From a bacterium (GTDB lineage Bacteria; Patescibacteriota; Dojkabacteria; GCA-016699595; JBAXKR01): 64,000 nt of DNA. The number at the start of each line of letters is the position of its first letter. Position 1 is the first letter of the stretch. The position numbers were made by a program, and so were the translations under genes. Location: positions 3,682 to 67,681 of the forward strand of contig JBAXRR010000003.1 in the NCBI GenBank assembly GCA_037131125.1. Direction: 5' to 3'. Under the pieces are notes generated by a model. That model searched no databases. It was given only the letters and a program-made list of their open reading frames with translations, and was not told the origin of the DNA. Positions 22,173 to 32,103 of the stretch are shown piece after piece.

Positions 22173-22706
22173 ATGAGAAAAGAAAACGACTCATTCACAA
22201 TTATTGAGCTTCTTGTAGTTATGGCAATTATAGGTATTCTTGTTACCTTAAGTATTGTTGGTATACAACAGGCACAAAAATCTACGAGAGTTACTAGAAT
22301 CAATAATACGACATTGTTACTTAAAGCTGAACTAACCAAGTACTATAACGAATTTAGACAATATCCGGTAAGTTTATGGGGAGATACTACAAACAGTGTT
22401 GTATTTATGTGTAATCCAAAATTCCCAGAGTGTGGAGCAAATAATGCACCGTATACAAGTTCAAATGTATATTCCTATGTTAAAGCAGATCAGGCAGGCT
22501 TCGGAGGTATGCAACAATATTTATCAGAAGATGGAGCACATTCTGAATCTTCTCAATGTATTAACGGAGGATCTGTAAACGAAGAAAATTGGTTGATATA
22601 CTATTCTGCGAACTCCTTAAATAGACCTCAAAGTTTTTATCTTGCATCTTGTAGTGAGAATGGTTGGAAGGAGTTTTCAGAAACTCCTCTTCCTGCTTCG
22701 AATTGA
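22173..22706 (+). CDS. Type IV pilin, divergent subfamily B (start revised to ATG 22173)
   Basis: NDS|FTIIELLVVMAIIGIL; C-terminal PQSFYLASCSENGWKEFSE. Confidence 0.88.
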   Translation: MRKENDSFTIIELLVVMAIIGILVTLSIVGIQQAQKSTRVTRINNTTLLLKAELTKYYNEFRQYPVSLWGDTTNSVVFMCNPKFPECGANNAPYTSSNVYSYVKADQAGFGGMQQYLSEDGAHSESSQCINGGSVNEENWLIYYSANSLNRPQSFYLASCSENGWKEFSETPLPASN

Positions 22707-22731
22707 TTTAGATATTTTAGATATTTATTCT

Positions 22732-23499
22732 ATGAAAAGAAATAACAATAGTTTTACAATTGTAGAAATTCTTGTAGTACTTGCTATTGTTGGCGTGTTA
22801 ATTGGGCTAAGCGTTGTTGGTATTCAACAGATTCAAAAATCAACAAGATCTTCAAAAGAAAATTCGTCTGTAGTGCAAATTAAAACCCATCTTGAAAGTT
22901 ACTATAATGAGTACAGACATTATCCAACTCCTAGCATGATTAAATTTGATAGTGATGCAAATGCAATATATATATGTACAGAATCTGCAACAAGTTGTAC
23001 CTCATCTACATCTACTGGTGTTTTTTCAGTGGTAAAAATTGAACAAGCTGGTGTAACTTCCATAGACAACTATGCTCAATCCAATGGAACCTATTCTGAA
23101 GCTCCTGTATGTAACCAAGATTTATCTTTGGGAGTAATTAATGAAGAGGTTTGGAGAGTATTCTATGGAGTAGTAAATTCAAGTTCAACAAAACCTCAAG
23201 GGTACTATTTAGCAACTTGTACTGAGATTGGTTGGAAAGATTTTTCAGAAAATCCTTTAGGAGATGGTGAAGTTATTCCCACGAATTCAGGAGACACTAG
23301 TGCAGTTGTAAATATATCTTTTCCATCTGTATCCTCATCATCTTTATCGTCAAAGCCAAACATTTTTTCAGTAACCTCATCAACATATACTAAGCCCATC
23401 TCAAACTCGTCAGCTACTTCGTCATCATGTGTATGTCTTCCTAAACAACAGTGTTTCTGTGTATACAGTTCCGCTGAGTATAGTACCTCACCTTTTTAA
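22732..23499 (+). CDS. Type IV pilin, subfamily B, with Ser-rich and Cys-rich tail (start revised to ATG 22732)
   Basis: NNS|FTIVEILVVLAIVGVL; PQGYYLATCTEIGWKDFSE. Confidence 0.88.
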   Translation: MKRNNNSFTIVEILVVLAIVGVLIGLSVVGIQQIQKSTRSSKENSSVVQIKTHLESYYNEYRHYPTPSMIKFDSDANAIYICTESATSCTSSTSTGVFSVVKIEQAGVTSIDNYAQSNGTYSEAPVCNQDLSLGVINEEVWRVFYGVVNSSSTKPQGYYLATCTEIGWKDFSENPLGDGEVIPTNSGDTSAVVNISFPSVSSSSLSSKPNIFSVTSSTYTKPISNSSATSSSCVCLPKQQCFCVYSSAEYSTSPF

Positions 23500-23508
23500 A
23501 AGTATATT

Positions 23509-24369
23509 ATGAATAATATTGAAATAATAATAAGTATAGTTTTAGTTATATTTATTTTTGTTTTTGGTCTCATCTGGGGAAGTTTTATGAATGCTTTCTT
23601 ATATAGAACAAAGAATAATATTAGTTTAGTAAACAAAAGATCATTTTGTCCTAACTGTAAAGGAAAGATAAGTTGGTATGATAATATCCCTTTACTTTCA
23701 TATATTCTTCTCAGAGGAAAATGTAGACATTGTAAGAAAAAAATATCTATTCAATATCCAATTGTGGAATTATTTCTTGGTTTGATTTCTATTCTTGTAG
23801 CTTACATTACCCTTCCACATCCATTTTCAAATATATACACAGTAAGTAATCCACTTGTAAATATTTTAAGTTATTTGTTTATATTTTTCTTAGCATTTTT
23901 TATCATATATTTTTGTATATATGACATTCTTTATCTTGAAATTAATGACAAAGTAGCTTTTCTTGTGATTGGATTATTATTGGCTACAAATCTAGTTGCT
24001 ATTAAATTCCCTTTTGTAATTCACACACTTATTTTTAACATGCATTTTGGACTAGGTAATATTATTACAGGAATAATTGGACTAGCACTAATTGCTATAG
24101 TTATTTTACTTTCAAAGGGAAAGATGGGAGGAGGAGATTTGAGATTTATTGTTATCGTGGGATTAATTTGTGGACTTCAAAACTTCTATTTCACTTTTTT
24201 AAGTAGTGTAGTAATTGGAAGTGTTATTGGAATAATTTTAGGGTTAATAAAAGGAAAGATAAAGGGATTAGCACTCCCGTTTATCCCCTTCCTATCTTTG
24301 GGTTTACTATGTGGACTCATCTGGGGACAATTAATCTGGAGTAAACTATTCTTCTTCTGGGGGACTTAA
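23509..24369 (+). CDS. pilD: Prepilin peptidase PilD (family A24)
   Basis: [26 protein letters not shown], first Asp in IYDIL, GGGD, PFIPFL. Confidence 0.95.
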   Translation: MNNIEIIISIVLVIFIFVFGLIWGSFMNAFLYRTKNNISLVNKRSFCPNCKGKISWYDNIPLLSYILLRGKCRHCKKKISIQYPIVELFLGLISILVAYITLPHPFSNIYTVSNPLVNILSYLFIFFLAFFIIYFCIYDILYLEINDKVAFLVIGLLLATNLVAIKFPFVIHTLIFNMHFGLGNIITGIIGLALIAIVILLSKGKMGGGDLRFIVIVGLICGLQNFYFTFLSSVVIGSVIGIILGLIKGKIKGLALPFIPFLSLGLLCGLIWGQLIWSKLFFFWGT

Positions 24370-24454
24370 AATACTTGATATTCAAGGTTTTTTCATCATA
24401 AATATTTCTTGATTCAATTGTAATTAATCCCGATTTATATTAGATTATACGCAT

Positions 24455-25069
24455 ATGATAAAGCTTTTTTCTGCCCAAAAAGCATATAGTTTGATTGAAC
24501 TTACTGTCAGTCTTGCAATTATTTCTATCCTACTTACCATGTCTACTATTGGTTTGATATCTTTAAGGGAAGGTCTTCTATTAAATTCAGCAACACAAGG
24601 TGTTTATGATGCAGTACAACTTGCAAGATCATATGCAATTAATAATGTAACATATTGGAATACAGACTCTGCTACACCAGAAATTCCAACGATGTATGTA
24701 ATTACACTAGGAAGTCCAATAAGCCTGATGTATTGTAATCTGCCAACGAATACAGCTATTTCTGATATTAATGTTGGAAGTGATTGTGCATTAACTACAG
24801 GAAGTATTTTTGATAGTGATATTGGTTCTGTAAGTATTAATAACAACCTAACAAATGGGTGTGAAGCAGTAGGTTTCTTAACTGGCACTGGAGAGATGTA
24901 TGTAAAACAACTAGGTTCTTCTAATAAATTTTATAACTCATCTAATCTGAATGGTGCTACTCAGGACAAAGCAATTTGTGACTTTGCTATTCAAAACGTA
25001 GATTCAATTAATCCAAGAACAGTTTATATAGAATCTGATGGTAATCGTCAAACAATTAAGAAAAAATAA
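24455..25069 (+). CDS. Minor pilin / pseudopilin (FimT/FimU-like)
   Basis: KA|YSLIELTVSLAII; LARSYAI. Confidence 0.8.
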   Translation: MIKLFSAQKAYSLIELTVSLAIISILLTMSTIGLISLREGLLLNSATQGVYDAVQLARSYAINNVTYWNTDSATPEIPTMYVITLGSPISLMYCNLPTNTAISDINVGSDCALTTGSIFDSDIGSVSINNNLTNGCEAVGFLTGTGEMYVKQLGSSNKFYNSSNLNGATQDKAICDFAIQNVDSINPRTVYIESDGNRQTIKKK

Positions 25070-25616
25070 AGCATTTAGTATTATTGAAATAATTATAGCT
25101 CTGGTATTTAGCTCAGTTATTTTAACTACATTTGTTTCCTTGTCCGCATGGGGACTTAATAATGCAAAAGATAATGAAGTTGAAGATACCGCAACTCAAA
25201 GTATGGTTGAAGTTAATGATTTATTAAGATCCTCAAGTGATATTTCTGTAGATACTGCGCCTACAATTCTATATGGATTTTATACTCTGAACTATGCTCA
25301 ACAAAATGCAACAGCGGCTGAGAGGAATAAGTTAATTAAGTTTTACACTGACTCAGGAATTTTTACTTTAGATGATTTAACACTAGATTTTTGCAGGAAT
25401 AATCCTTCCCTTCAGGTTAAATTTTCTGATGCGAGTTCTAATTTAATTACATCAAATGTTATTTGTGTAATGGCTAAGATCACAAAGATGCATGATAATC
25501 CTCTAGATAACAGATATACGTATACTATCAAGGTTGTTGCAGAAAAGTCTGGTGACCAATCCTATGAAGAAACAATAGATGGACTTAGAGTTGGAAATTT
25601 TATTGCTTCAAACTAA
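25038..25616 (+). CDS. Minor pilin (PilV-like position)
   Basis: KA|FSIIEIIIAL. Confidence 0.78.
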   Translation: MVIVKQLRKNKAFSIIEIIIALVFSSVILTTFVSLSAWGLNNAKDNEVEDTATQSMVEVNDLLRSSSDISVDTAPTILYGFYTLNYAQQNATAAERNKLIKFYTDSGIFTLDDLTLDFCRNNPSLQVKFSDASSNLITSNVICVMAKITKMHDNPLDNRYTYTIKVVAEKSGDQSYEETIDGLRVGNFIASN

Positions 25617-25618
25617 TA

Positions 25619-26281
25619 ATGAAAAAGTTACTCTTAACACTTAAAAAAAGAATAAAGAATAGAAGATCAGTAAGTTTACTTGAACTTCTTATAACTCTTG
25701 GAATAATGGTTATTCTCCTTACTATGATTTCTAACGTGTTTGTTGAGGTTATGAGAATAAATATTTTAAATAAAGAAAGAACATTTGTAAGAGAAGAATC
25801 TGCAATATTACTTGCTCAAATGAAAAAAGATATTCGAAATGCAGATAGTTTAGATAATTGTGTAGATATTGTATTAAATGCTGGAGTAGGACAATCCAGT
25901 AATGATTGCACTTTTAATACTGGTGGAAAAAAATATGAATGGAAGTTTGAAGCAGCAGCATCCCCTTTTGATCAAGATGGATATGTTGCCAATAAATATT
26001 TGGTAACAAGAGATCCAATAACAGGACAAGATAATGTATTTACATTAATATACACAAGTCCAGATGGGATTCTTTTTGACTTGGATCCAACACCTGGAAA
26101 TACTAGCAGTACAAATAAAATATTTACTATTCTTTCAGATCCACTTAGTCAAGATGGAGAGTTGACTGTTTTAATAAAGTTAGTTGCAAAATCTTTCCCA
26201 GGAGAGCCACTTTCTGAGCCTGCTGTAAAGAACGTTATAAAGCAAACTATTGTCTCTGCTAGAAATTTTAGTAGCAATTAG
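25619..26281 (+). CDS. Minor pilin (PilW-like)
   Basis: RS|VSLLELLITL; MKKDIRNA. Confidence 0.78.
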   Translation: MKKLLLTLKKRIKNRRSVSLLELLITLGIMVILLTMISNVFVEVMRINILNKERTFVREESAILLAQMKKDIRNADSLDNCVDIVLNAGVGQSSNDCTFNTGGKKYEWKFEAAASPFDQDGYVANKYLVTRDPITGQDNVFTLIYTSPDGILFDLDPTPGNTSSTNKIFTILSDPLSQDGELTVLIKLVAKSFPGEPLSEPAVKNVIKQTIVSARNFSSN

Positions 26282-26345
26282 TTCTTAGTAATATTAAGAT
26301 AGTATACTGATGATGTAATAAAAATTAGATGTAATAACAAATAAT

Positions 26346-27392
26346 ATGAAACTGCCCGAATTCTTTGGATTAGACATTGGTAATCACACAATTAAAGTGT
26401 GTGAGACTAGATGGGAAGGAGATACTCCTGTTCTAGTTGCACTTGGAAGTTACGAAACTCCTTTTGGAGTTATTGGTTCTGAGAATACAGAACATAAAAG
26501 GCAATTAGCTGAGAATATAAAGAAAGCTGTAGCTGCATCAGGAATTAAGACTAAAAATGCAGTCGTTGCACTTCCTGAAGGAGCAATATTCACAAGACTT
26601 GTTCCAGGTTTTCCAAAAGTGTCTGACGATAAACTAGCTGAAGCAATTCTCTACGAAGCAAAAAAATATATTCCTATTCCTCCAGAAGAAACAAATATTG
26701 ATCATATGGTTGTAGGAGAGAGAACACAAGATGGGAAGGTCTTAATCGATGTTCTAATTGTTGCAGCTCCAAAAAGTCTAGTTGAAAGATATATGGAAAT
26801 ATTAAAACTATCTGGCCTTGAAGGATTAGCACTAGAAACAGAAGCAATTGCAACAACAAGATCGATTTCTTCACAAAAGAATTTTGATAAAACCAAAGCG
26901 GCTATTGTTTTAGACTTTGGTGCAAATGGAACTGATCTTAGTGTTATTAAAGGTGAGAGTTTATTATTCTCTCAGAGTTTAGGAACAGGTTCAGATGCAT
27001 TTACAAGGGCTATTGCTGTAGATTTTGGACTTACAACTCCTCAAGCTGAACAATACAAAAGAGTATATGGATTAGACGAAACAAAGGCAGAAGGAAAGAT
27101 TGCAAAGTCCCTCTACCCTATTATTCAGATTATCGCTATTGAAATAACTAAAACTATGGACTTTTTTAAGACTAGATTTGTAAATATGGTTCCTCAGAAG
27201 ATATACATAGTTGGAGATGGTGGAAAACTTCCTGGTTTGGCTGCATATTTAAGTAAAATATATAACATAGATTGTGAACTTGCTAAGCCATTTCAAGACT
27301 TTAAGATAGATGAGAAACTTAAGAAAGATATGGCTCAATTATCTGACGTAGGGTTTACAGTAGCCACAGGTTTAGCTTTAAAGAAAGAATAA
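26346..27392 (+). CDS. pilM: Type IV pilus assembly protein PilM
   Basis: GLDIGNHTIK, EAKKYIP, VLIVAAPK, LDFGANGT, VGDGG, VATGLAL (actin-like fold). Confidence 0.93.
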   Translation: MKLPEFFGLDIGNHTIKVCETRWEGDTPVLVALGSYETPFGVIGSENTEHKRQLAENIKKAVAASGIKTKNAVVALPEGAIFTRLVPGFPKVSDDKLAEAILYEAKKYIPIPPEETNIDHMVVGERTQDGKVLIDVLIVAAPKSLVERYMEILKLSGLEGLALETEAIATTRSISSQKNFDKTKAAIVLDFGANGTDLSVIKGESLLFSQSLGTGSDAFTRAIAVDFGLTTPQAEQYKRVYGLDETKAEGKIAKSLYPIIQIIAIEITKTMDFFKTRFVNMVPQKIYIVGDGGKLPGLAAYLSKIYNIDCELAKPFQDFKIDEKLKKDMAQLSDVGFTVATGLALKKE

Positions 27393-27393
27393 C

Positions 27394-27945
27394 TTGCCTA
27401 AGAACTATATAAACTTACTTACAAAAAAGACTCAAGGAGAACTTAAGGATGCAAAGAATATAGAGTTCTCTTCTATCTATTCAGCATTCCTTCCAATTCT
27501 TGCATGTGTTGTATGGATAGGACTTGTTATTGCAAATGGTGCAGTCTCTCAGAATGTAAAGATTGAAAAAGTGAATATAGAGACACAAAAGACAATGGAA
27601 AATGATATGTCTGTTTACCAAAAGAACAATGGACAACTTGTACAAAAAGTAGATATTCTTAAACCAATTATTCAGAAAGATGTAGATCCAAATAAAGTAT
27701 TTGATCAGATAAGAAAGAATCTTTCTACATATAGCGAAATATTAAGTATAGATGGATATACAAGAAAATCTGATGGACAATTTAGCTTTAGTGGAAAATC
27801 TAAAACATATTTAGATTTATCAAGGGTTATTAAAAAATTTGAGCAAAATACTGAACTTAAAAATGTCAATTTGAAGTCAATTGCATATAACAAAGATGCT
27901 GATATTGTTACCTTTTCAGTTACATTTTATTACGTAACGCTTTAA
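27394..27945 (+). CDS. pilN: PilN-like alignment protein
   Basis: INLL motif, single TM, coiled coil, directly after pilM. Confidence 0.75.
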   Translation: MPKNYINLLTKKTQGELKDAKNIEFSSIYSAFLPILACVVWIGLVIANGAVSQNVKIEKVNIETQKTMENDMSVYQKNNGQLVQKVDILKPIIQKDVDPNKVFDQIRKNLSTYSEILSIDGYTRKSDGQFSFSGKSKTYLDLSRVIKKFEQNTELKNVNLKSIAYNKDADIVTFSVTFYYVTL

Positions 27946-27949
27946 GATT

Positions 27950-28759
27950 ATGGAACTTGCAGATAGAGATTTAAAAATAGCTGATGATGTTTCTGGGAGT
28001 ATTAAGAAGTCTACTAAAAAAGACTTTGTAGATGTCCTTAAACAATATTCAATTCCTTTGATAAGTGTTTCCCTATTCTTAGGAGTAGCTATAATTAGTA
28101 TCTTTCCAACAGCAACAAGTATTTTTGATAACTACAAGCAATTGGATAAGCTTAAGGCAAGTGAGAAGACTAATCAGGATACATTAGATAAGCTTACAAC
28201 TTTGAAGGAAAGAGATGCTCAAACAATTAGTGATCTTGCAACGATTGATCAAATAGTTCCTTCTGAAAAAACTAAAATAGTTGGTCTTCAACAGTTTATT
28301 CAAGATAAAACAAAACAATATAATCTTGATCTTAAGGAAATGACTATCGGTGAACAGTTACAAAAGGTTTCAGATGGGACATCTACAACAAAGACTTCAA
28401 AGGTTGCTACTGTAGATGCGCAAGGTAATCCTATTAAAAATACGGAAGATAGCTTACGCGTTGCTCCTACTACCGCAAAGATTGAAGGAAAGTTTGCAGA
28501 TATTCAGAGTTTCTTTTCCGACTTCTATAAAGTTAATGATTTGTACATAATAACTACTATGAATCTTAAATCTTCAACATCTATTTCTCCTAATCAGATA
28601 ACTACGAGTGATGCAAAGTGGTCATTAGATATTACATTTTCTAAATATGCATTTTCGGAAGATTTCTTAACTAACTCAGTTGCATTTACAAAGATTCCTA
28701 TTTCTTCTGTCCCGGATTCTACAGTTCTTAAATATTTGAGAGATAGGTATACGAAATAA
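27950..28759 (+). CDS. pilO: PilO-like alignment protein
   Basis: TM plus coiled coil, EGKFADIQSFF, position after pilN. Confidence 0.65.
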   Translation: MELADRDLKIADDVSGSIKKSTKKDFVDVLKQYSIPLISVSLFLGVAIISIFPTATSIFDNYKQLDKLKASEKTNQDTLDKLTTLKERDAQTISDLATIDQIVPSEKTKIVGLQQFIQDKTKQYNLDLKEMTIGEQLQKVSDGTSTTKTSKVATVDAQGNPIKNTEDSLRVAPTTAKIEGKFADIQSFFSDFYKVNDLYIITTMNLKSSTSISPNQITTSDAKWSLDITFSKYAFSEDFLTNSVAFTKIPISSVPDSTVLKYLRDRYTK

Positions 28760-28787
28760 AAAAGGAACTATTTCTAGTTCCTTTTTA
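28757..28787. terminator. Bidirectional intrinsic terminator
   Basis: AAAAAGGAACTA-tttc-TAGTTCCTTTTT between convergent operons. Confidence 0.85.
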
Positions 28788-28810
28788 TAACTTCAAATGT
28801 TTTGTTTTTC

Positions 28811-29041
28811 TTAGTCTAATACCTTTATGTAAACTCTTTTCCCTTCTCTTACTGCTATTAAAGCAACAGTATCTCTTATTGCTTTAATATTTCTACCAAG
28901 TTTACCAATTATTAGGGGTTTATCTTCGTTATTAAGTGTAAGATTAAGTGTGATGTTTGTACCATCTGCTACCTCTTCTACTTTAACGTCATCAGGGAAT
29001 TTAGTCACTGATTTAGCGATATATTCTAATAACTCTTTCAT
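28811..29041 (-). CDS. khpA: KH-domain RNA-binding protein KhpA
   Basis: MKELLEYIAKS, IIGKLGRNIKAIR; downstream of rpsP. Confidence 0.9.
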   Translation of the reverse strand: MKELLEYIAKSVTKFPDDVKVEEVADGTNITLNLTLNNEDKPLIIGKLGRNIKAIRDTVALIAVREGKRVYIKVLD

Positions 29042-29085
29042 AGAAATAAAGTTATAAGTAAAATACTAAAATTCCTTATTTCTAA

Positions 29086-29391
29086 CTATTTTTTCTTTGC
29101 TGCCTTCATCTCAGCTTTAGATTTTCTTTCTACTCTAACTCTTTTTCTAGCTTCTAAAAGACCTTCTTTTGCAAAGATATCGTGAACAGTTTCTGTAGGT
29201 TTTACACCTTTAGATAACCAATCTTTTATTTTATCTTTTTCTAATTTAATAACGGCTGGTTTTTCAAGTGGGTCGTAAGTACCTACTAAATCTACATATT
29301 CACCTTGTCTTTTATCTCGAGCTTCATTTACAACAATTCTGTAATGAGGTTCTCTTTTCTTTCCAAATCTCATTAATTTAAACTTAAGCAT
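29086..29391 (-). CDS. rpsP: 30S ribosomal protein S16 (start revised to ATG 29391)
   Basis: RFGKKREPHYRIVV, GTYDP, WLSKGVKPTETV. Confidence 0.95.
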   Translation of the reverse strand: MLKFKLMRFGKKREPHYRIVVNEARDKRQGEYVDLVGTYDPLEKPAVIKLEKDKIKDWLSKGVKPTETVHDIFAKEGLLEARKRVRVERKSKAEMKAAKKK

Positions 29392-29443
29392 GTAATCCAA
29401 ATAATAAATTAAAATCACTAACTTCCCGATTATATCATAGCAA

Positions 29444-30163
29444 TTAAGGCTTTTGTAGCACTTTTAGTGCTTCTAGAGCTGCATTTTGCTCTGCATCTTG
29501 CTTACTTTTGCCTTTTCCACTTCCATATACCTTGTCTTGTATCTTTATACACATGGTAAATATCTTACTGTGGTCTGGTCCTTCTTCGTTAATAAGCTCA
29601 TAATATGGAGTAGATTTGAATGTTAATTGAGCTATCTCTTGTAATCTAGATTTTGGGTCAATATCTGACCTTGAAGCAACTATAGCATCTAGTTTTCCAT
29701 AGAGTTCTCTTTTGAGAAATTTTTCTACAACATCTAAACCACTGTCTAGGTATATAGATCCAAGTATTGCTTCGAATGTGTTAGCAAGCACATATGTTCT
29801 ACTTCTTCCACCAGTTGTTTCTTCTCCTCTACTCATATATATGTACTTACCTACTCCTAATCTAGTGCTAATTTCAGACAAGGATTCGGTTTTAACAAGC
29901 GCTGCTCTAAAACTTGTCAAATCACCCTCAGGTCTACCTGGAAGCTTTTTAAAAAGGAAATCTGATGTTAGAAGTTCAAGTACTGCATCTCCTAAAAATT
30001 CTAATCTTTCGTTATTTTCGAATTCTGTATTTTTAACTTCATTTAAGAAAGATCTATGTATTAATGCAGATTTTAGAAGTACAGCATCGTTGAATTTAAC
30101 TCCCAATATTTTTTCAAGTTCATCGAATTTTTCTCTCTCATCGCTTGTTATATTCTTACTCAT
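29444..30163 (-). CDS. rnc: Ribonuclease III (probable start ATG 30163)
   Basis: HRS, NERLEFLGDAVL, FEAILG, dsRBD DPKSRLQE...GKSKQDAEQNAA. Confidence 0.96.
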   Translation of the reverse strand: MSKNITSDEREKFDELEKILGVKFNDAVLLKSALIHRSFLNEVKNTEFENNERLEFLGDAVLELLTSDFLFKKLPGRPEGDLTSFRAALVKTESLSEISTRLGVGKYIYMSRGEETTGGRSRTYVLANTFEAILGSIYLDSGLDVVEKFLKRELYGKLDAIVASRSDIDPKSRLQEIAQLTFKSTPYYELINEEGPDHSKIFTMCIKIQDKVYGSGKGKSKQDAEQNAALEALKVLQKP

Positions 30164-30617
30164 TTGATTTATCTGTGATATCTTTTTTTGATTCAACAAC
30201 GGAGGAGTCCTTATTATCTAAAGCCTTATCTAGTACTCCATTTACAAAAGAAGAATCTGAATCACTACCAAACTCTTTTGCAAGCTCAATGGATTCATCA
30301 ATGACAACCTTTCTAGGAGTTATTTTCAATATATTATATTCCAGTATTGCCATTTGCATAATGATTAAGGATGTTTTGGAGATTTGATCAAGTGGTCTTT
30401 CTATTGCATATTTACTAATTATTGCAGATATTACTTCTTCGTTGGATTTAAAATTTGTAGTTAACTTGGAAAATAGAGATTCATCAAATCTTGTTATATC
30501 ACTCATCTCACTCATATCCTCCATACTAATATGGATAAGATCAGGGAAGTAGCTTTGATAGATTTGTTCGATGGCTAAAATTCTTGCGCTATGTCTAGGG
30601 TCAGTATATTTTTTCAC
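30156..30617 (-). CDS. nusB: Transcription antitermination factor NusB
   Basis: RHSARILA, VVIDESIELAKEFG, FVNGVLD. Confidence 0.9.
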   Translation of the reverse strand: MKKYTDPRHSARILAIEQIYQSYFPDLIHISMEDMSEMSDITRFDESLFSKLTTNFKSNEEVISAIISKYAIERPLDQISKTSLIIMQMAILEYNILKITPRKVVIDESIELAKEFGSDSDSSFVNGVLDKALDNKDSSVVESKKDITDKSNE

Positions 30618-30645
30618 AAGTAGTTTTCTCTAAGATAGATTAAAC

Positions 30646-30825
30646 CTATTTTACTTCTAATATTTTCTTACCTCTGTAGATTCCACTAAATGGACTTACT
30701 CTATGAGGAAGTGTTGATTTTTTACTTACGGATTCTACTGCTAATTGAGGCTTCTTAAGTCTATCCATAGACCTTCTTTTTAAGCTTCTAGCCTTCGAAT
30801 TCTTTCTTTTTGGTAATGCACCCAT
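30646..30825 (-). CDS. rpmF: 50S ribosomal protein L32 (not in the ORF track)
   Basis: Manual translation MGALPKRKNSKARSLKRRS...LPHRVSPFSGIYRGKKILEVK*. Confidence 0.9.
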   Translation of the reverse strand: MGALPKRKNSKARSLKRRSMDRLKKPQLAVESVSKKSTLPHRVSPFSGIYRGKKILEVK

Positions 30826-30914
30826 ATCAGTATATAAATATATTAAACTAAGATATTATACAGGAAGAAGCCTAAATTCCCAAGGAATATTTAATATCTC
30901 TCTAAAAATGTACT

Positions 30915-31406
30915 TTAATCGTTTATTGTTCCATCGTTTTTGCTACCTAGATTGTTACTTTTCCCATTCTCTGTGCATGCAAATAGACCATATTCTTGAG
31001 GGCTCTGAGGGTTTGTACCATAGAAAATAGTCCATGTGTCTGCTGTTGCTGGATGATCAGCACATACAGTTGGATTATTGTATATATCAGGAAAGAATGA
31101 AGGGGTTAAAGATTGTATAGGAATTGTTGCAAAAATAATTGTACCTCCTTGTCCATGTTGCCCGTAATCAATGTAGAAATTGGTTCCTTCTGCTACAACT
31201 TCCATAGTGTTAATTGGATATCTTCTGTATTTTGAGTAAAAAGATTCCAGAGATCCTTGAATATTTCTCAAATCGTTTAATCTTTGTGTTTCTCTTTGGT
31301 TCTTTTGAAGTGCTTGAATTCCAAATACTGCAAGCGATAAGAGTACACCTATTACTGCCATTACAACAAGAAGTTCTACAATAGTGAACGCTTTTTTATT
31401 ATGCAT
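30915..31406 (-). CDS. Type IV pilin, second cluster (start revised to ATG 31406)
   Basis: MHNKKA|FTIVELLVV, FATIPIQSLTP, ATADTW, CTENG. Confidence 0.92.
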   Translation of the reverse strand: MHNKKAFTIVELLVVMAVIGVLLSLAVFGIQALQKNQRETQRLNDLRNIQGSLESFYSKYRRYPINTMEVVAEGTNFYIDYGQHGQGGTIIFATIPIQSLTPSFFPDIYNNPTVCADHPATADTWTIFYGTNPQSPQEYGLFACTENGKSNNLGSKNDGTIND

Positions 31407-31571
31407 ACTAAGTAAAATTAATTTATTCTTACAAAATATATCATAAACGTTAAATGAAAAGATTATGGTCATTGTTTAGGGCATGTTTAATAGTGAATGA
31501 CCCATTATTTTTAAGCGTTTTATATACGGTACTTATAAACAATTGACCGGATTTCTGGAGTTGCTACACTA

Positions 31572-32060
31572 TTAATCAGTATTCTTACTTCCCAAGTTAG
31601 TAGTTTTACCATTTTCTGTACATGCGAATAAAGCATACTCTTGTGGGTTAACTGCTCCAAATGCTGCAGAAGTGTGGTATTGAACCCACCAAGTATCTGC
31701 TGTTGCTATATGTCCATCGTCGTCAGAGCAGGTTGCAGAATTATATCCATCGTTAAATTCTGTTGGTGTTAATGATTGGATAGGAATAGTAGCAAAATTT
31801 ATAGCCCCTACACCAACTCCGTATGTGATTTCAAAATTGGTATCAACTACATTAAATTCAGTTTGAAGCGGATATCTCCTATACTTTGAATAGTAAGATT
31901 CTAATGATCCTTGAATGTTTCTCAAATCGTTTAATCTTTGTGTCTCTCTTTGATTCTTTTGTAATGCTTGTATTCCAAAGACTGCGAGAGATAATAGTAC
32001 CCCTATGACTGCCATCACAACCAATAGTTCTACTATTGTGAAAGCTTTAAGTTTTTTCAT
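31572..32060 (-). CDS. Type IV pilin, second cluster (start revised to ATG 32060)
   Basis: MKKLKA|FTIVELLVV, FATIPIQSLTP, ATADTW, CTENG. Confidence 0.92.
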   Translation of the reverse strand: MKKLKAFTIVELLVVMAVIGVLLSLAVFGIQALQKNQRETQRLNDLRNIQGSLESYYSKYRRYPLQTEFNVVDTNFEITYGVGVGAINFATIPIQSLTPTEFNDGYNSATCSDDDGHIATADTWWVQYHTSAAFGAVNPQEYALFACTENGKTTNLGSKNTD

Positions 32061-32103
32061 TTGAATATTTTGTAAATTTAATAATTTCTCTATTTTGTTC
32101 AGA

